Positions 1-10,500 of a stretch of DNA of 64,000 nt are shown here, one piece after another; the stretch's first letter is position 1, and every line of letters starts with the position of its first letter. A program made the translations under genes and the position numbers. The notes beneath the pieces are model-generated. The model did no database searches and was not told the DNA's origin. It saw nothing but the letters and a program-made list of their open reading frames with translations. The DNA lies in the IMG/VR virus record IMGVR_UViG_3300043448_000423, positions 6,071-70,070 of that record; one strand, written 5' to 3'. The DNA is from a virus.

Positions 1-105
1 GCTGTTTCCGAAGTAGGAAACTGGCAAAATAAAACTGACAGTGATTGGAAACACGTTATCAATCGCGCAGCAGATACTCCTGGTTCTAATATTAATCGTC
101 TCTAA
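1..105 (+). CDS. 3' end of an upstream gene (partial), conserved cyanophage protein preceding phoH
   Basis: Open frame from base 1 (AVSEVGNWQNKTDSDWKHVINRAADTPGSNINRL) to TAA at 103-105. Confidence 0.6.
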   Translation, partial: AVSEVGNWQNKTDSDWKHVINRAADTPGSNINRL

Positions 106-107
106 TT

Positions 108-866
108 ATGCCTGTAAGAAATCGTAAGACAAAACAAGCTGTTCCAACGGGAATGAGCGTGAAACAAATGAAGCGTAAGAAGCCTCTCAACGAAGAATAT
201 TTCGCTAAGGATATCGAACCTCTTACAGATTCACAACGTAAGATGTTTGAAGAGTGGGAAAACGATAAGCATCTATTTGCTTATGGTGCCGCTGGAACTG
301 GTAAAACATTCGTAGCACTTTACCTCGCTCTCAAAGATGTTCTTAACGAGAACACTCCATACGAAAAAGTATATATTGTTCGTTCACTTGTAGCGACACG
401 CGAGATTGGTTTCCTTCCTGGCGACCATGAAGATAAGTCATCGCTCTACCAGATTCCATATAAGAATATGGTAAAGTATATGTTTGAACTCCCAACAGAT
501 GAAGAGTTTGAACTACTCTATGGCAATCTAAAGAACCAAGGAACGATTAGCTTCTGGTCTACTTCATTTCTTCGTGGCACCACCATGGATAACTGCATCA
601 TCATCGTAGATGAAATGCAGAATCTAAACTTCCATGAACTTGATTCAATCATCACTCGCGTGGGTCAAGATTGTAAGATTATTTTTTCAGGTGACGTTCA
701 GCAGACCGATCTAATTCGTACCAACGAACGTAATGGTATCCTTGACTTCCAAAAGATTATCAATACAATGGAAGAGTTTGCAACCATTGAATTTGGTGTG
801 CAAGACATCGTTCGTTCTGGTTTAGTTCGCAGTTATATTATTAGCAAAATTAATTTGGGATTCTAA
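108..866 (+). CDS. phoH: PhoH-family ATPase
   Basis: Walker A GAAGTGKT, REIGFLPG, SFLRGTT, IVDEMQN, SGDVQQTDL and DIVRSGLV are PhoH motifs. Confidence 0.95.
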   Translation: MPVRNRKTKQAVPTGMSVKQMKRKKPLNEEYFAKDIEPLTDSQRKMFEEWENDKHLFAYGAAGTGKTFVALYLALKDVLNENTPYEKVYIVRSLVATREIGFLPGDHEDKSSLYQIPYKNMVKYMFELPTDEEFELLYGNLKNQGTISFWSTSFLRGTTMDNCIIIVDEMQNLNFHELDSIITRVGQDCKIIFSGDVQQTDLIRTNERNGILDFQKIINTMEEFATIEFGVQDIVRSGLVRSYIISKINLGF

Positions 867-1540
867 TGTTTATTCATTCTTCGTTATTCACTCCTATTGA
901 ACTTGAACCTGTTATGGTAGATGGTCGTAGGATCTATCCAACACCTTCGGGTGGCAAGTATCCATCTATCACAACTGTTCTCGGAGTGTGTCCGAAGAAG
1001 AAAAAGAAACTCAATGAGTGGAAACAGCGTGTCGGTCATGATAAGGCACAAGCAATCTCAACTCGTGCTGCCACACGCGGCACAAACTTTCACAAGATGG
1101 TTGAAGATTTGCTCAATAACTGCTATAATGAAGGGAACTTCAAAGGGCACCCCCTCCCCCTTATGATGTTTAAAAATGCTGTTCCAACTCTTAATAGAAT
1201 CACTCAGGTCTATTTACAAGAAGCAGCATTATATTCCGACCACTTGGAAGTAGCAGGGCGAGTCGATTGCATCGGTGAGTTTGATGGTATTCCATCCATC
1301 ATTGACTTCAAAACCTCAAAGGAAGAGAAGAAAGAAGAATGGATGGAGGATTATTACATTCAAGAAACTGCATATGGTTGTATGTTTTATGAACTATATA
1401 ATACACGCATCAAACAACTTGTAACTATCGTTGCCTGTGAAGACGGCAATACACAAGTCGTTATCAAGCAACCTAAAAAAGAATACTTAGACCGACTAAT
1501 CGAACTACGCTCTCTCTACCAGGAAATCTATGGAGGATAA
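866..1540 (+). CDS. PD-(D/E)XK Cas4-like exonuclease of T4-like phages
   Basis: YPSITTVL, RGTNFH, AGRVDCIG, IIDFKTS and YYIQETAY motifs; usual position after phoH. Confidence 0.85.
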   Translation: MFIHSSLFTPIELEPVMVDGRRIYPTPSGGKYPSITTVLGVCPKKKKKLNEWKQRVGHDKAQAISTRAATRGTNFHKMVEDLLNNCYNEGNFKGHPLPLMMFKNAVPTLNRITQVYLQEAALYSDHLEVAGRVDCIGEFDGIPSIIDFKTSKEEKKEEWMEDYYIQETAYGCMFYELYNTRIKQLVTIVACEDGNTQVVIKQPKKEYLDRLIELRSLYQEIYGG

Positions 1541-1778
1541 TATACTACAGGAAAAATTTATGACAATTGCAAGATTCTCAGCAGAGGTTGAGACACTTGT
1601 GAACAGTGATTCGATGAGTTACATTGATGCTATCATTCATTATTGTGATACCAATGATATTGAGTTGGAAACTGTGCCCAAGTTGATTTCAAAACCATTA
1701 AAAGAAAAACTAAGGCATGAAGCTCAACAGTTGAACTTCATTAAAAAAACATCCCGTGCAAAACTAATGTTAGTATGA
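1530..1778 (+). CDS. gp33: Late-promoter transcription co-activator gp33
   Basis: FSAEVETLV..SYIDAIIHYC..IELETVPKLISKPLKEKLRHEAQQLNF; synteny with gp32. Confidence 0.9.
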   Translation: MEDNILQEKFMTIARFSAEVETLVNSDSMSYIDAIIHYCDTNDIELETVPKLISKPLKEKLRHEAQQLNFIKKTSRAKLMLV

Positions 1779-2119
1779 GCGACTTTTTTGATTCAGACAT
1801 CGTAAGAGAAGAGGCGAAAGAAATGGAGCGTCTTCAAATGAAAGCGATGGAACTTACACTTTCTGGTCCCATGCGAGGTACTAAGGAAGACCAACTTGAA
1901 TACATTTCAACGGTGCGAGCACTTGTAGAAAAACAACAAGTGTTTTACATGCGTCTGAAACTTTCAGATGATGAAAGAGCACAGGACATGGTGACACAAA
2001 TCGAAGAAGGTGCTAAAATGTTGTATGGATGGTGGGAGACAACTGATGTTCTTTCACTCATGCGTAACATGCTAGACAAGCTCGACGAGTTTGAAAAGGA
2101 AATCGAGGCAGAGGGTTGA
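1775..2119 (+). CDS. Conserved cyanophage protein (DUF1825-like)
   Basis: FFDSDIVREE...LVEKQQVFYMRLKLSDDERA pattern; position upstream of gp32. Confidence 0.65.
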   Translation: MSDFFDSDIVREEAKEMERLQMKAMELTLSGPMRGTKEDQLEYISTVRALVEKQQVFYMRLKLSDDERAQDMVTQIEEGAKMLYGWWETTDVLSLMRNMLDKLDEFEKEIEAEG

Positions 2120-2144
2120 CGCCGCCCCCTGCCCGTGGTATGAT
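2116..2144 (+). promoter_or_regulatory. sigma70-type promoter for gp32
   Basis: TTGACG-N17-TATGAT. Confidence 0.75.
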
Positions 2145-2199
2145 GAACAAGTGATGAGGCGTCACACAGACCAAATCTAAAACAATCCGAGGTAATCCT

Positions 2200-3120
2200 A
2201 TGTCTTTCGCTGACCTTAAGCGCAAATCTCAAAACTCCTTTGCTTCTCTGACCAAGGAACTTGAGAAAGCAAACTCTACTTCCACTAGCGATGACCGCTT
2301 CTGGAAACCTAGCGTTGACGCCGCTGGTAATGGGTATGCTGTTATTCGTTTCCTCCCTGCTCCTGATGGTGAGGAACTGCCCTTCGTGAAACTGTACTCT
2401 CACGCATTTCAGGGTGATGGTGGATGGTATATTGAAAACTCTTTGACTACTCTGGGTCAGAAAGACCCTGTGGGTGAAGTGAACCGCCGCCTGTGGAATA
2501 GTGGTCGTGATTCTGATAAAGAAACTGCCCGCAAGCAGAAGCGTAAACTGACCTACTACTCTAACATCTATGTTGTGAGTGACAAGGCAAATCCTGAGAA
2601 CGAAGGTAAAGTATTCCTGTATAAGTACGGCAAGAAAATCTTTGACAAGATTACTGCTGCTATGCAACCTGAGTTTGAAGATGAAACTCCCGTGAATCCT
2701 TTCGACCTGTGGGAAGGTGCTAACTTCAAACTGAAAATTACTAACGTTGCTGGTTACTGGAATTACGATAAGTCCGAGTTCGCTGCTCCTTCTGCACTCG
2801 CTGCTGATGATTCTAAACTGGAATCTATCTGGAAGCAAGCACATTCTCTCCAAGCATTCGTGTCTCCTGATAACTTCAAGAGCTATGAAGAACTTGAAGA
2901 GCGTCTGAATCTGGTGCTGGGTATCACTCAGACGCCTGCCTCTGCTCGTGCTGCTCAGGTGACTCGCGTGATGGATGAGGAAGAGGATGAAGAGTTCTCT
3001 GCTCCCGTTCCTGTTGCTCGCCGTGAACCTGCCCTGCCTAAGGTTGCAGTCGCTGCTGGTGTGGATGAAGATGAAGATGATGCTCTCAGTTACTTCGCTC
3101 GCCTTGCTGAAGAGGACTGA
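2200..3120 (+). CDS. gp32: Single-stranded DNA-binding protein gp32
   Basis: DDRFWKP..GNGYAVIRFLPAP..WYIENSLTTLGQKDPV..KYGKKIFDKI..NYDKSEF; acidic C-terminal tail. Confidence 0.97.
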   Translation: MSFADLKRKSQNSFASLTKELEKANSTSTSDDRFWKPSVDAAGNGYAVIRFLPAPDGEELPFVKLYSHAFQGDGGWYIENSLTTLGQKDPVGEVNRRLWNSGRDSDKETARKQKRKLTYYSNIYVVSDKANPENEGKVFLYKYGKKIFDKITAAMQPEFEDETPVNPFDLWEGANFKLKITNVAGYWNYDKSEFAAPSALAADDSKLESIWKQAHSLQAFVSPDNFKSYEELEERLNLVLGITQTPASARAAQVTRVMDEEEDEEFSAPVPVARREPALPKVAVAAGVDEDEDDALSYFARLAEED

Positions 3121-3136
3121 AACCAAAATCCATAGT

Positions 3137-3180
3137 TAAAAACCTTTTGGGCGGAAAAAAAATCCGCCCAATTTTTTTGT
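3137..3180. terminator. Bidirectional intrinsic terminator between convergent gp32 and gp53
   Basis: TTGGGCGGA-A7-TCCGCCCAA hairpin followed by T7, with an A-tract upstream. Confidence 0.75.
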
Positions 3181-3189
3181 CTAAAAAGA

Positions 3190-3843
3190 TTATATACCTG
3201 TTTTCTTTGTATTTCTATTAATGTATGCTGATGATTGATCGTATTCAATTTTATTTTCAAATTCAGATACAAATCTATCTATAAATTGGGGCCTTAAAAT
3301 ATAAATTTCTCTACGATCATCATTTAATTTCTTTTCGTATTCATAGTTTGATATTGAAACTACAATTTGCGAACCATTTTTTGTAAATACTGTACCAGAT
3401 CCTCTATCATAAAATTTATGAACCAAGGAAACATATTCACTGTCAACTACATAACCAGATTTTAAAACAATTTCTCCTAAACTATTTGTTACTTCTATTG
3501 TTTCATAGTGATGTAATCCATCTGGATTTGAATAGTTTTTTGCAACAAAATCATATAAAGATCTTTCGGCAATGGGAAATTCAAATAGAGGATTGATAAT
3601 ATTATTTGTCAAAATAACAATCCAGTCGTATTTTGTTGTCCCGTAAAATTTTTCTGAAATAATATCTGGTCTTTCTCCATCAAGTATTGTGTACTTATTA
3701 AAGTACACTGCTGATTTGAAAGCAGTATCTGTTAATTTAAATCGTCTAAAAAAATTATTAACCAATACATATTCCTTAGTTGAAATAGGGAATTTAATTG
3801 GTTTTAAATCGTATTCTATGTTGGGGAGTTTGGAGAAAAACAT
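3190..3843 (-). CDS. gp53: Baseplate wedge subunit gp53
   Basis: MFFSKLPNIEY..YTILDGERPDIISEKFYG..DWIVILTNNIINP..SNYEYE..NDDRREIYILRP. Confidence 0.9.
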   Translation of the reverse strand: MFFSKLPNIEYDLKPIKFPISTKEYVLVNNFFRRFKLTDTAFKSAVYFNKYTILDGERPDIISEKFYGTTKYDWIVILTNNIINPLFEFPIAERSLYDFVAKNYSNPDGLHHYETIEVTNSLGEIVLKSGYVVDSEYVSLVHKFYDRGSGTVFTKNGSQIVVSISNYEYEKKLNDDRREIYILRPQFIDRFVSEFENKIEYDQSSAYINRNTKKTGI

Positions 3844-3845
3844 TT

Positions 3846-4748
3846 TTAGTACCCGTTGTCTACATCTGATTCGTATACTAGTTTTAGTTCTTGAAACTGT
3901 AGAGTTAGTTGTGTTGCTACTGGCGAACCATCTCTATAGGTTGCCCACGATCCATCGGGAGTGTAATTTATATCAACTCCACCTAAAGCACATGTTTTAT
4001 ATTGTGATACCCACGGGTTATTTACTGCTGCTGAATTTTTATCTGCGGCTTGTTTAAATACTACACTAAGAATTTTAGGAACTCCTATCAAATTTTTTTC
4101 TGTGCCAGTTGCTCCAGAAGGTAAAGCTGCTTTTTTAAATTGAGTACAAATATTTTTAATCCCTTCGGCTTCATCTTTAGTTCTAGGAACCATTTTAAAC
4201 GTAAGTGAAAATGTCCTTAGTTGTGGACCCTGATATAAAACTTCCGTATTTGGATTGAGTATTTGTCCTTTAGTTGACGCTAAAATATCATTGGTTGTCA
4301 CGCCACCACCAAATCCAGGAATACTATTCATTGCTCTTGCTATTAAACTTGAACCAACGTATGGTAACATACCTTGTATTCCAATTCCACCAATTTGATT
4401 AGCAATATTTCCCCCCTGAGATTTTATTTGATCTCTGCCCATAGACATAATTTGCCCCGCCCCTGCTAAAGCGATGGGAGCTAATGGACCAAATTCTCTT
4501 CCTCCCCATGTACCTTGATACGAGGTACTAATATCTTCTGGCATGTATAATACAATTGGTTTATATCCTGGTGCTTCTGTTAGATTACTTGTCTGCAAAC
4601 TTTTATTGTATTGCTCAACATAATCAGTGGCATTGGATCCACCGCCTTCATATGGTGGTTTGTAATTATAAAAATTAAATTGCACAAAATCTGAATTGTT
4701 TGTTTTCAGATCTCCAGGATATTGTAGAAAATTTGTAGATGTAGCCAT
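3846..4748 (-). CDS. gp48: Baseplate tail-tube cap gp48
   Basis: LQYP..LYMPEDIS..ILNPNTEVLYQGPQLRTFSLTFKMVP..VDINYTPDG..LQFQELK. Confidence 0.85.
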   Translation of the reverse strand: MATSTNFLQYPGDLKTNNSDFVQFNFYNYKPPYEGGGSNATDYVEQYNKSLQTSNLTEAPGYKPIVLYMPEDISTSYQGTWGGREFGPLAPIALAGAGQIMSMGRDQIKSQGGNIANQIGGIGIQGMLPYVGSSLIARAMNSIPGFGGGVTTNDILASTKGQILNPNTEVLYQGPQLRTFSLTFKMVPRTKDEAEGIKNICTQFKKAALPSGATGTEKNLIGVPKILSVVFKQAADKNSAAVNNPWVSQYKTCALGGVDINYTPDGSWATYRDGSPVATQLTLQFQELKLVYESDVDNGY

Positions 4749-5432
4749 TTATTTTACGTCGGTGATGTCTTCTGGTTTGCCATAACCTTTTATAATTCTT
4801 TTCGCTTTTATTCTGTCACTATATTTTTCGTTAGTTTCTTTCCATACATCAGAGGATTTATAGGGAACTAACACTCCTCCCCTTTCTCGTACAAAATGTT
4901 CAACAGGAAGAACAATTGCAGAATCCCATTCTGCTATAGCAAGATCTAATAAAAATCCATCTATGTGGTCTGTTATATATTTATGGAAACATGAGCGAGG
5001 TAAGTCAATTCTGTTGTCTTTTAATTTTTCTATCGCAATTACTCTTTTTCTTGGCTCAAGGTAATGCAGGTTCGCACCAAAAAAATGATCAGCATTTGCT
5101 TTGATAACATATACCAAAGGAAATGTGTCATAATATGGCAGGTACTTCATTTTTGCTTTGTATTCGAATAAAAAAAGATGTCCCTGTCTAGCATATCTTC
5201 TCAACTTATTTTTGTCTTGCTCATCTTCAACATCATTTTTATCTCTACGTTCATCTCTTTGTAAATGATCTGGATTTTGTTTATATTCCAATGCCATTGT
5301 CTTGACAGTTTTTCTGTACCATTGCCAAGTTTGCTCTTCTTCACCTGCTTTTTCTTTTACTCTTTCAAATAAAGTATTATAACCTTTTGTTTTTGCTTTA
5401 GATTCTTTTTTGAAACCTTTTCCTGCTGGCAT
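4749..5432 (-). CDS. gp2: DNA end protector gp2-like
   Basis: LFEYKAK..LPYYDTFPLV..FFGANLHYL..CFHKY; gp53-48-2-4 synteny. Confidence 0.8.
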   Translation of the reverse strand: MPAGKGFKKESKAKTKGYNTLFERVKEKAGEEEQTWQWYRKTVKTMALEYKQNPDHLQRDERRDKNDVEDEQDKNKLRRYARQGHLFLFEYKAKMKYLPYYDTFPLVYVIKANADHFFGANLHYLEPRKRVIAIEKLKDNRIDLPRSCFHKYITDHIDGFLLDLAIAEWDSAIVLPVEHFVRERGGVLVPYKSSDVWKETNEKYSDRIKAKRIIKGYGKPEDITDVK

Positions 5433-5435
5433 ATG

Positions 5436-5870
5436 TCATACTCCCAAGTGATCTTCGGTGAGAATAAGGAACTGCATCTGTCTATCCTCACACCAGTCAC
5501 TTGCGGCTTCCCATTTCGCTTGGTTTTTTAGAAACGTTAGGACTTTATCTTTGTATAATTTAGTTTGCTTCTTTGAGGGAGGTGGAGGGGTTGTCTGTTT
5601 CTTTGGTTTAATTTCAATGAGATACTTTTTGATTTCATTTGATTTAGTACGAACTTTAATGTAGAAGTCCACATAGTAACGATGAACTCTACCATCCAAA
5701 GGAGAACGATAGGGTATCACAACTTCCTCACTGCCCCATTCAATTACACTTTGATTTTTATCACAGAATATCATAAATTTCTTTTCCCATAACGAACGAT
5801 AAACGATATTCATAGGGTTGCCCCTATACTTCGTGGGATTTATGGGGCGATAAAATCCCGAGTATGCCAT
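5436..5870 (-). CDS. gp4: Head completion nuclease gp4 (likely start MAYSG at 5870)
   Basis: YSGFYRPINPTKYRG..YRSLWE..WGSEE..HRYYVDF..IEIKPKKQT..NQAKWEAA..LTEDHL. Confidence 0.92.
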   Translation of the reverse strand: MAYSGFYRPINPTKYRGNPMNIVYRSLWEKKFMIFCDKNQSVIEWGSEEVVIPYRSPLDGRVHRYYVDFYIKVRTKSNEIKKYLIEIKPKKQTTPPPPSKKQTKLYKDKVLTFLKNQAKWEAASDWCEDRQMQFLILTEDHLGV

Positions 5871-5908
5871 AAATATAAATATAAAACTACTCATAGGTAT
5901 TTAGAAGA

Positions 5909-6664
5909 GTGGGCATTCAAATCAAAGATATAACCGCACTAATTTCTAAAGGCGGTGGCGTTTCCATATCAAATGTATACAAAGTTACTTTTCAGCGACC
6001 ATCAAATAGAAATTCATCTCTCAATACAAATGCACTGTGGGAAAGATGGAAAAAGGAATTACCTAATTTCAACGAATCTGATTTAAGTGGTGACAAAGTT
6101 GGTAGTAGTTCTGCGTCTTGGATTTCTTTGATGGCTGATGAAGTTACATTGCCTGGTATGCAAGCAGCAACAGGGCAGCAGAATGGATTGTATACAGGTA
6201 GTGGACAGTATAATTATGCACACACTAGGATGTATAATGACCTAACAATTTCTTGGGTGTGTGATGCTAACATGACTCCATTAAAATTTTTAAATTCATG
6301 GATGGATAGTATCTTCGTTGAGTATGATGAGTCCAATAAAGAGATAGTAAAAATTTTACAGAATGACAATTCAAACGTACAAACTAGATCTAGAAATAGA
6401 TCTGTGCGTTTAAACTATCCAGATGAATATACTTTACAGATTTCTATTTTAAAAGCAGAGAAAAATAGCAAATCTGAAACTGGTAGGCCATCAGTTCGTT
6501 ATGTAATCGAAGGTGCATACCCATATGCTATTGATAGTGTTCCATTGTCGATGGGAGCTTCGCAATTAGTGAAAGTCAGTGCTAATTTTTACTATGAAAA
6601 ATGGTATAATTATTATATTGATCAGTGGGGCAAACCAACTTCAACTTATAACGATAACTTCTAA
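5909..6664 (+). CDS. Tail-tube-fold protein (gp54/gp19-like tube initiator)
   Basis: DEVTLPG..YNDLTISW..FLNSWMDSI..LNYPDEY..AYPYAIDSVPLS..VKVSANFYYE tube-fold pattern; GTG start. Confidence 0.7.
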   Translation: MGIQIKDITALISKGGGVSISNVYKVTFQRPSNRNSSLNTNALWERWKKELPNFNESDLSGDKVGSSSASWISLMADEVTLPGMQAATGQQNGLYTGSGQYNYAHTRMYNDLTISWVCDANMTPLKFLNSWMDSIFVEYDESNKEIVKILQNDNSNVQTRSRNRSVRLNYPDEYTLQISILKAEKNSKSETGRPSVRYVIEGAYPYAIDSVPLSMGASQLVKVSANFYYEKWYNYYIDQWGKPTSTYNDNF

Positions 6665-6692
6665 ATACTTTTACATATTATAAATTTAAATC

Positions 6693-7409
6693 ATGCCATT
6701 ACCAAAACCACCCGTGCCAACCTATGAGTTGACCGTTCCATCTACAAATAAAGTTATTAAATACAGACCATTCTTAGTTAAAGAGGAAAAACTTCTTTTG
6801 ATTTCTATGGAATCTGAAGATGAAACTATGATTAGAAATGCTGTAATTGATATATTAAAAAATTGTATTCTTACTAGGGGTTTTAAAGTAGAACAACTTT
6901 CTATGTTTGATGTCGAATATATTTTTCTTAAAATTAGATCAAAGTCCGTAGGTGAAAGAGTCGAGATGAAATTACTATGTAAAGATGACAATGAAACTAG
7001 AGTTACATATGAACTTGATCTAGAAAAAGTTGAGGTTCAATTTCCCGAAGGTCACGATAAAAAAATTATGCTTAACGAAAACAGTGGTATTGTAATGAAG
7101 TATCCTGGGTTTGATCAGTTTATTAAGACACAAATTTTACAAAAAAATCCAACTACAGAAGAGGTATTTGATATCGTCATCGATTCCGTTGACAAAATAT
7201 TTGAAGACGAAGAAGTTTGGGAATCTTCTACTACTAGTAGAAAGGAAATTGCTGAATATGTTGAAGGATTAACTACAGCACAGTTTGAGAAGATTCAAAA
7301 GTTTTTTGTTACTATGCCAAAACTATCTCATACTATTAAAATAAAAAATCCAAACACTGGTGTTGAATCTGAGTACGAAATTGAGGGCTTAGTAAATTTT
7401 TTCGGATAA
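6693..7409 (+). CDS. gp26: Baseplate hub assembly protein gp26-like
   Basis: MPLPKPPVPTYELTVPS..KYRPFLVKEEKLLL..FDVEYIFLKIRSKSVGE..MPKLSH..EGLVNFFG. Confidence 0.9.
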   Translation: MPLPKPPVPTYELTVPSTNKVIKYRPFLVKEEKLLLISMESEDETMIRNAVIDILKNCILTRGFKVEQLSMFDVEYIFLKIRSKSVGERVEMKLLCKDDNETRVTYELDLEKVEVQFPEGHDKKIMLNENSGIVMKYPGFDQFIKTQILQKNPTTEEVFDIVIDSVDKIFEDEEVWESSTTSRKEIAEYVEGLTTAQFEKIQKFFVTMPKLSHTIKIKNPNTGVESEYEIEGLVNFFG

Positions 7410-7411
7410 GT

Positions 7412-7579
7412 TTGTTTCATGAAACCCTTGAGAATCATTATAGATCTAATTTTAATTTGATGTATATACACAAATTTTCTTTATCTGAATTAGAAAATAT
7501 GATGCCATGGGAAAGGCAAGTATATGTGATGATGCTCAATCAACATATAGAAGAACAGAATCAAAAAAATAAGCAATGA
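7412..7579 (+). CDS. gp51-like small baseplate/tail assembly ORF in the -1 frame of gp26 (possibly expressed as a frameshift extension)
   Basis: LFHETLENHYRSNFNLMYIHKFSLSELENMMPWERQVYVMML; only a TTG start with no obvious SD; not in the ORF track. Confidence 0.75.
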   Translation: MFHETLENHYRSNFNLMYIHKFSLSELENMMPWERQVYVMMLNQHIEEQNQKNKQ

Positions 7580-10500
7580 GCAATCTACCACAACCACCAG
7601 AAGGAATATTAGATCCTCAGATACCTTGGAGTAGGATTAATCCTAACTCTAGGTTGTGGGTAACATTAAAGGCTCGTCTTACTGGGAGACCTACTGATGG
7701 AGAGCATTATTCTTCGTATGTAAACATATCAGAAGCAGATGCAGATAGATTAATTGCAAATCTAAAGAAGGATCCTCGCGGGTATCCTTCTTTAGATCAG
7801 GCTGGCGGGAATCCCGTTCAGTGGATGGAGAATCAACGTTTATATCAGGAATGGTTGGTAGAAGCGTATCTTGAGAATCCATTCCGCGAAGAAACAAATA
7901 AGAAGATTGAAGATGCTGCAATAGAATCTAGATTAAACGAGATACAGGAACAGAAAAAAAATAAACAAGCACCACCACCAGAACAAAAAGAAGATCAGCA
8001 AGAAGAATTAGATCAAAGTCAGGAAGCGTTAGAAGAAAAGATTGATGACTTAACTGAGGACATTGATTCTCTCGATGAACCATCGCAGCAACAATCTTCT
8101 GATTCGCCAGAGCAAAAACAAGAAACAGAAAAACAAGAAGAACAAGTTGACTCAAATAAAGATCTTGAAAAAATAAAAGGATCTTTAGATGAAATAAAAG
8201 GATCTCTTAAAATACAAGCAGCAGATTTAGAAGTTATTAATAATAATAATTCTAGTTCTATTGCTTCACTTGAGAGTTTAAAACAATTATTTCAATCACA
8301 TACAGATATTCTTCGTAGACAAGCAGAGCAAGCTAAACTACAAGCAGAAGAACAAGCAACTGAAGCAACAAATGATGTTTCTGGCAATCAAGAAGGTACT
8401 GATTTAACCGCAGATAATAAAGCAGAAGGTGTAATACAGGGTGTAGATGGTGAAGTTTTAACTATTAAAACTACAGAGGGACAATTTCAGCAAGGACAAA
8501 CAATCACTCAAGGAGGTGGTGGCGGTGGACTTTTTGATATGCTTAAAGGAATTGCTGGTAAATTCTTAGGTGGTAAGGGCGGCGCTGGTGCTGGGGGTGG
8601 TGGTTCTCCTCTTAAATTATCTTCAGGTGGGTATTCAACATCTCCATCAAAACTTGCCGATGGCGGAACACTAGCGCCAGGAATATACGATAGACCAACT
8701 AGAGGAAATCTAGGTCTCAATCAAATGGCCATTCCTTTGAATAGGAATGTTGGGAAACCATTCAAGAAACGAGATGATAATAAACGGCTCAGAAAATTTG
8801 ATCAACCATTAGTTGATGTTATGTCGCAACCATTGAAAGCAATAGGTCTTTCTGTTCTTGCAATTGCTGGAAATTTTATTAGAGCTTTAGGTCCATTAGG
8901 AGGATTCTTTTTACCATATGCTAAAGGATTGGTGAAAGGATTTGCGGTAGTTCTTGGTGTTCCTGTTGGATTGGTCATGACATTATTAGGTGGTCCAGCA
9001 TATGCAGCATCGGAACAGCAAGATAGACAGGTAAATATTTTTGCTAAGATATGGGATGGATTGATTAATAGATTTGGATTTGATATTTTTGGGGGTGGTG
9101 ATGATAAAAAGAAAAAGAAAAAGAAAGAGGGAAGTACTCCTTCAACCGCAACTGGTCAATGGGGTCCACTACTAGATGTTATTGCTTCTGGAGAAGGCAA
9201 TTATGATTCAGTAAATCCAGGATTAAAACGTCCAGAAATTTTAGATAAAACTATCAGTGAACTAGTTGCTTGGCAGTATCAATCCAAAGCAAAAGACGGT
9301 GGTACTGCTGCATCTGGCAGATATCAAATCTTGCATCCTGAAACGTATGCACAAAATGCTGGGTTATCAATGGATGAAAAGTTTACTCCAGAAAACCAAG
9401 ACAAAATGGCAGCTGCTTATATTGAAAAGAAAAGAGGTGGTAAAGATTGGTTGGCAGGAAAGATAAGTGACGAAGATTTTGGTAAAGAGCTAGCAAAAGA
9501 ATGGGCTGCTCTAGAGTATCCTGGAAAAGGCGGTGGTTTTTATGATGGTGATGGTAGAAACAAAGCAAAGGTTTCTTTTGAAAAAGTAAAAGGAGCTTTG
9601 GAAAAAGTTAAAGCAGAAGAAGGAGTACAAATTAAAGTCAAAGAAGATGCTCCTATGGGCAAGTTTATGGGATGGCAAATTCTTGACGGTCCTCCATCTG
9701 GATATAAGGTCAGTGATAATTTAACAATGCATGGCAAAGAAGCATATCTACAACATGAAAATGGATTTAGTATTCTTCCAATAGAAAATAACGAATATAG
9801 TTTATCAAAAAATCCTGGAGATACATTAAACAGGTGGAAAGAAATACTCGGACCCTCTGCGAAAGTAACTGATACTAAATCTGAGTTTGCGGACGGCGGT
9901 AGCAAAGTTTTTGATCCCAAAAAATATCAAGAGGGTACAGAAAGTTCAAAATATATTACGGTGGGTCAAGGAGATAAAGCAAAATCTTATTCTCTAATGT
10001 ATACAAGAGAGGGAGCAAGTGGTACTTATATTATTAAAGCAATAAGTAAAAAAGTATCGGGCAATTTATTTTCTGGAGATAATTTGACATCTGTTAAATT
10101 AGATAGTGCGGAAGGACAATCTGTTTTAAAATCAACCAACGTCTTGAATTATTTTAAAAGCAGAACGGCAAGATCATTGCAATTGAAATTAAAAGCAGAT
10201 CCAGATGCTTCTATTTTTTATGGTTACAATCAGGCATTTCAGACAACAAAAAATGCTTGGATACAAAAAGGATTAAGTCAACAAGATGCTGAAAAATATG
10301 CTGCAGCTGCAGCAAGAGAGTTTGCTGTGACCAGAAAAACAGGATCGTTTTTACCAGGATCTAAAAATGGTCTGGATCCATCGCTGAAAGATGTTGAGGT
10401 TGCTTCTGGAGATACATCTTCATCTAATTCTTCATCGGAATCTTCTGGGGAAGAAGATCCATTCACTGCGTTACAAAAAGCTATCAGTGGTATCATGGTT

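Noticed and set aside
1945-3126. 393-aa minus-strand ORF
   Set aside because: Antisense shadow of gp32 caused by biased codon usage; no motifs
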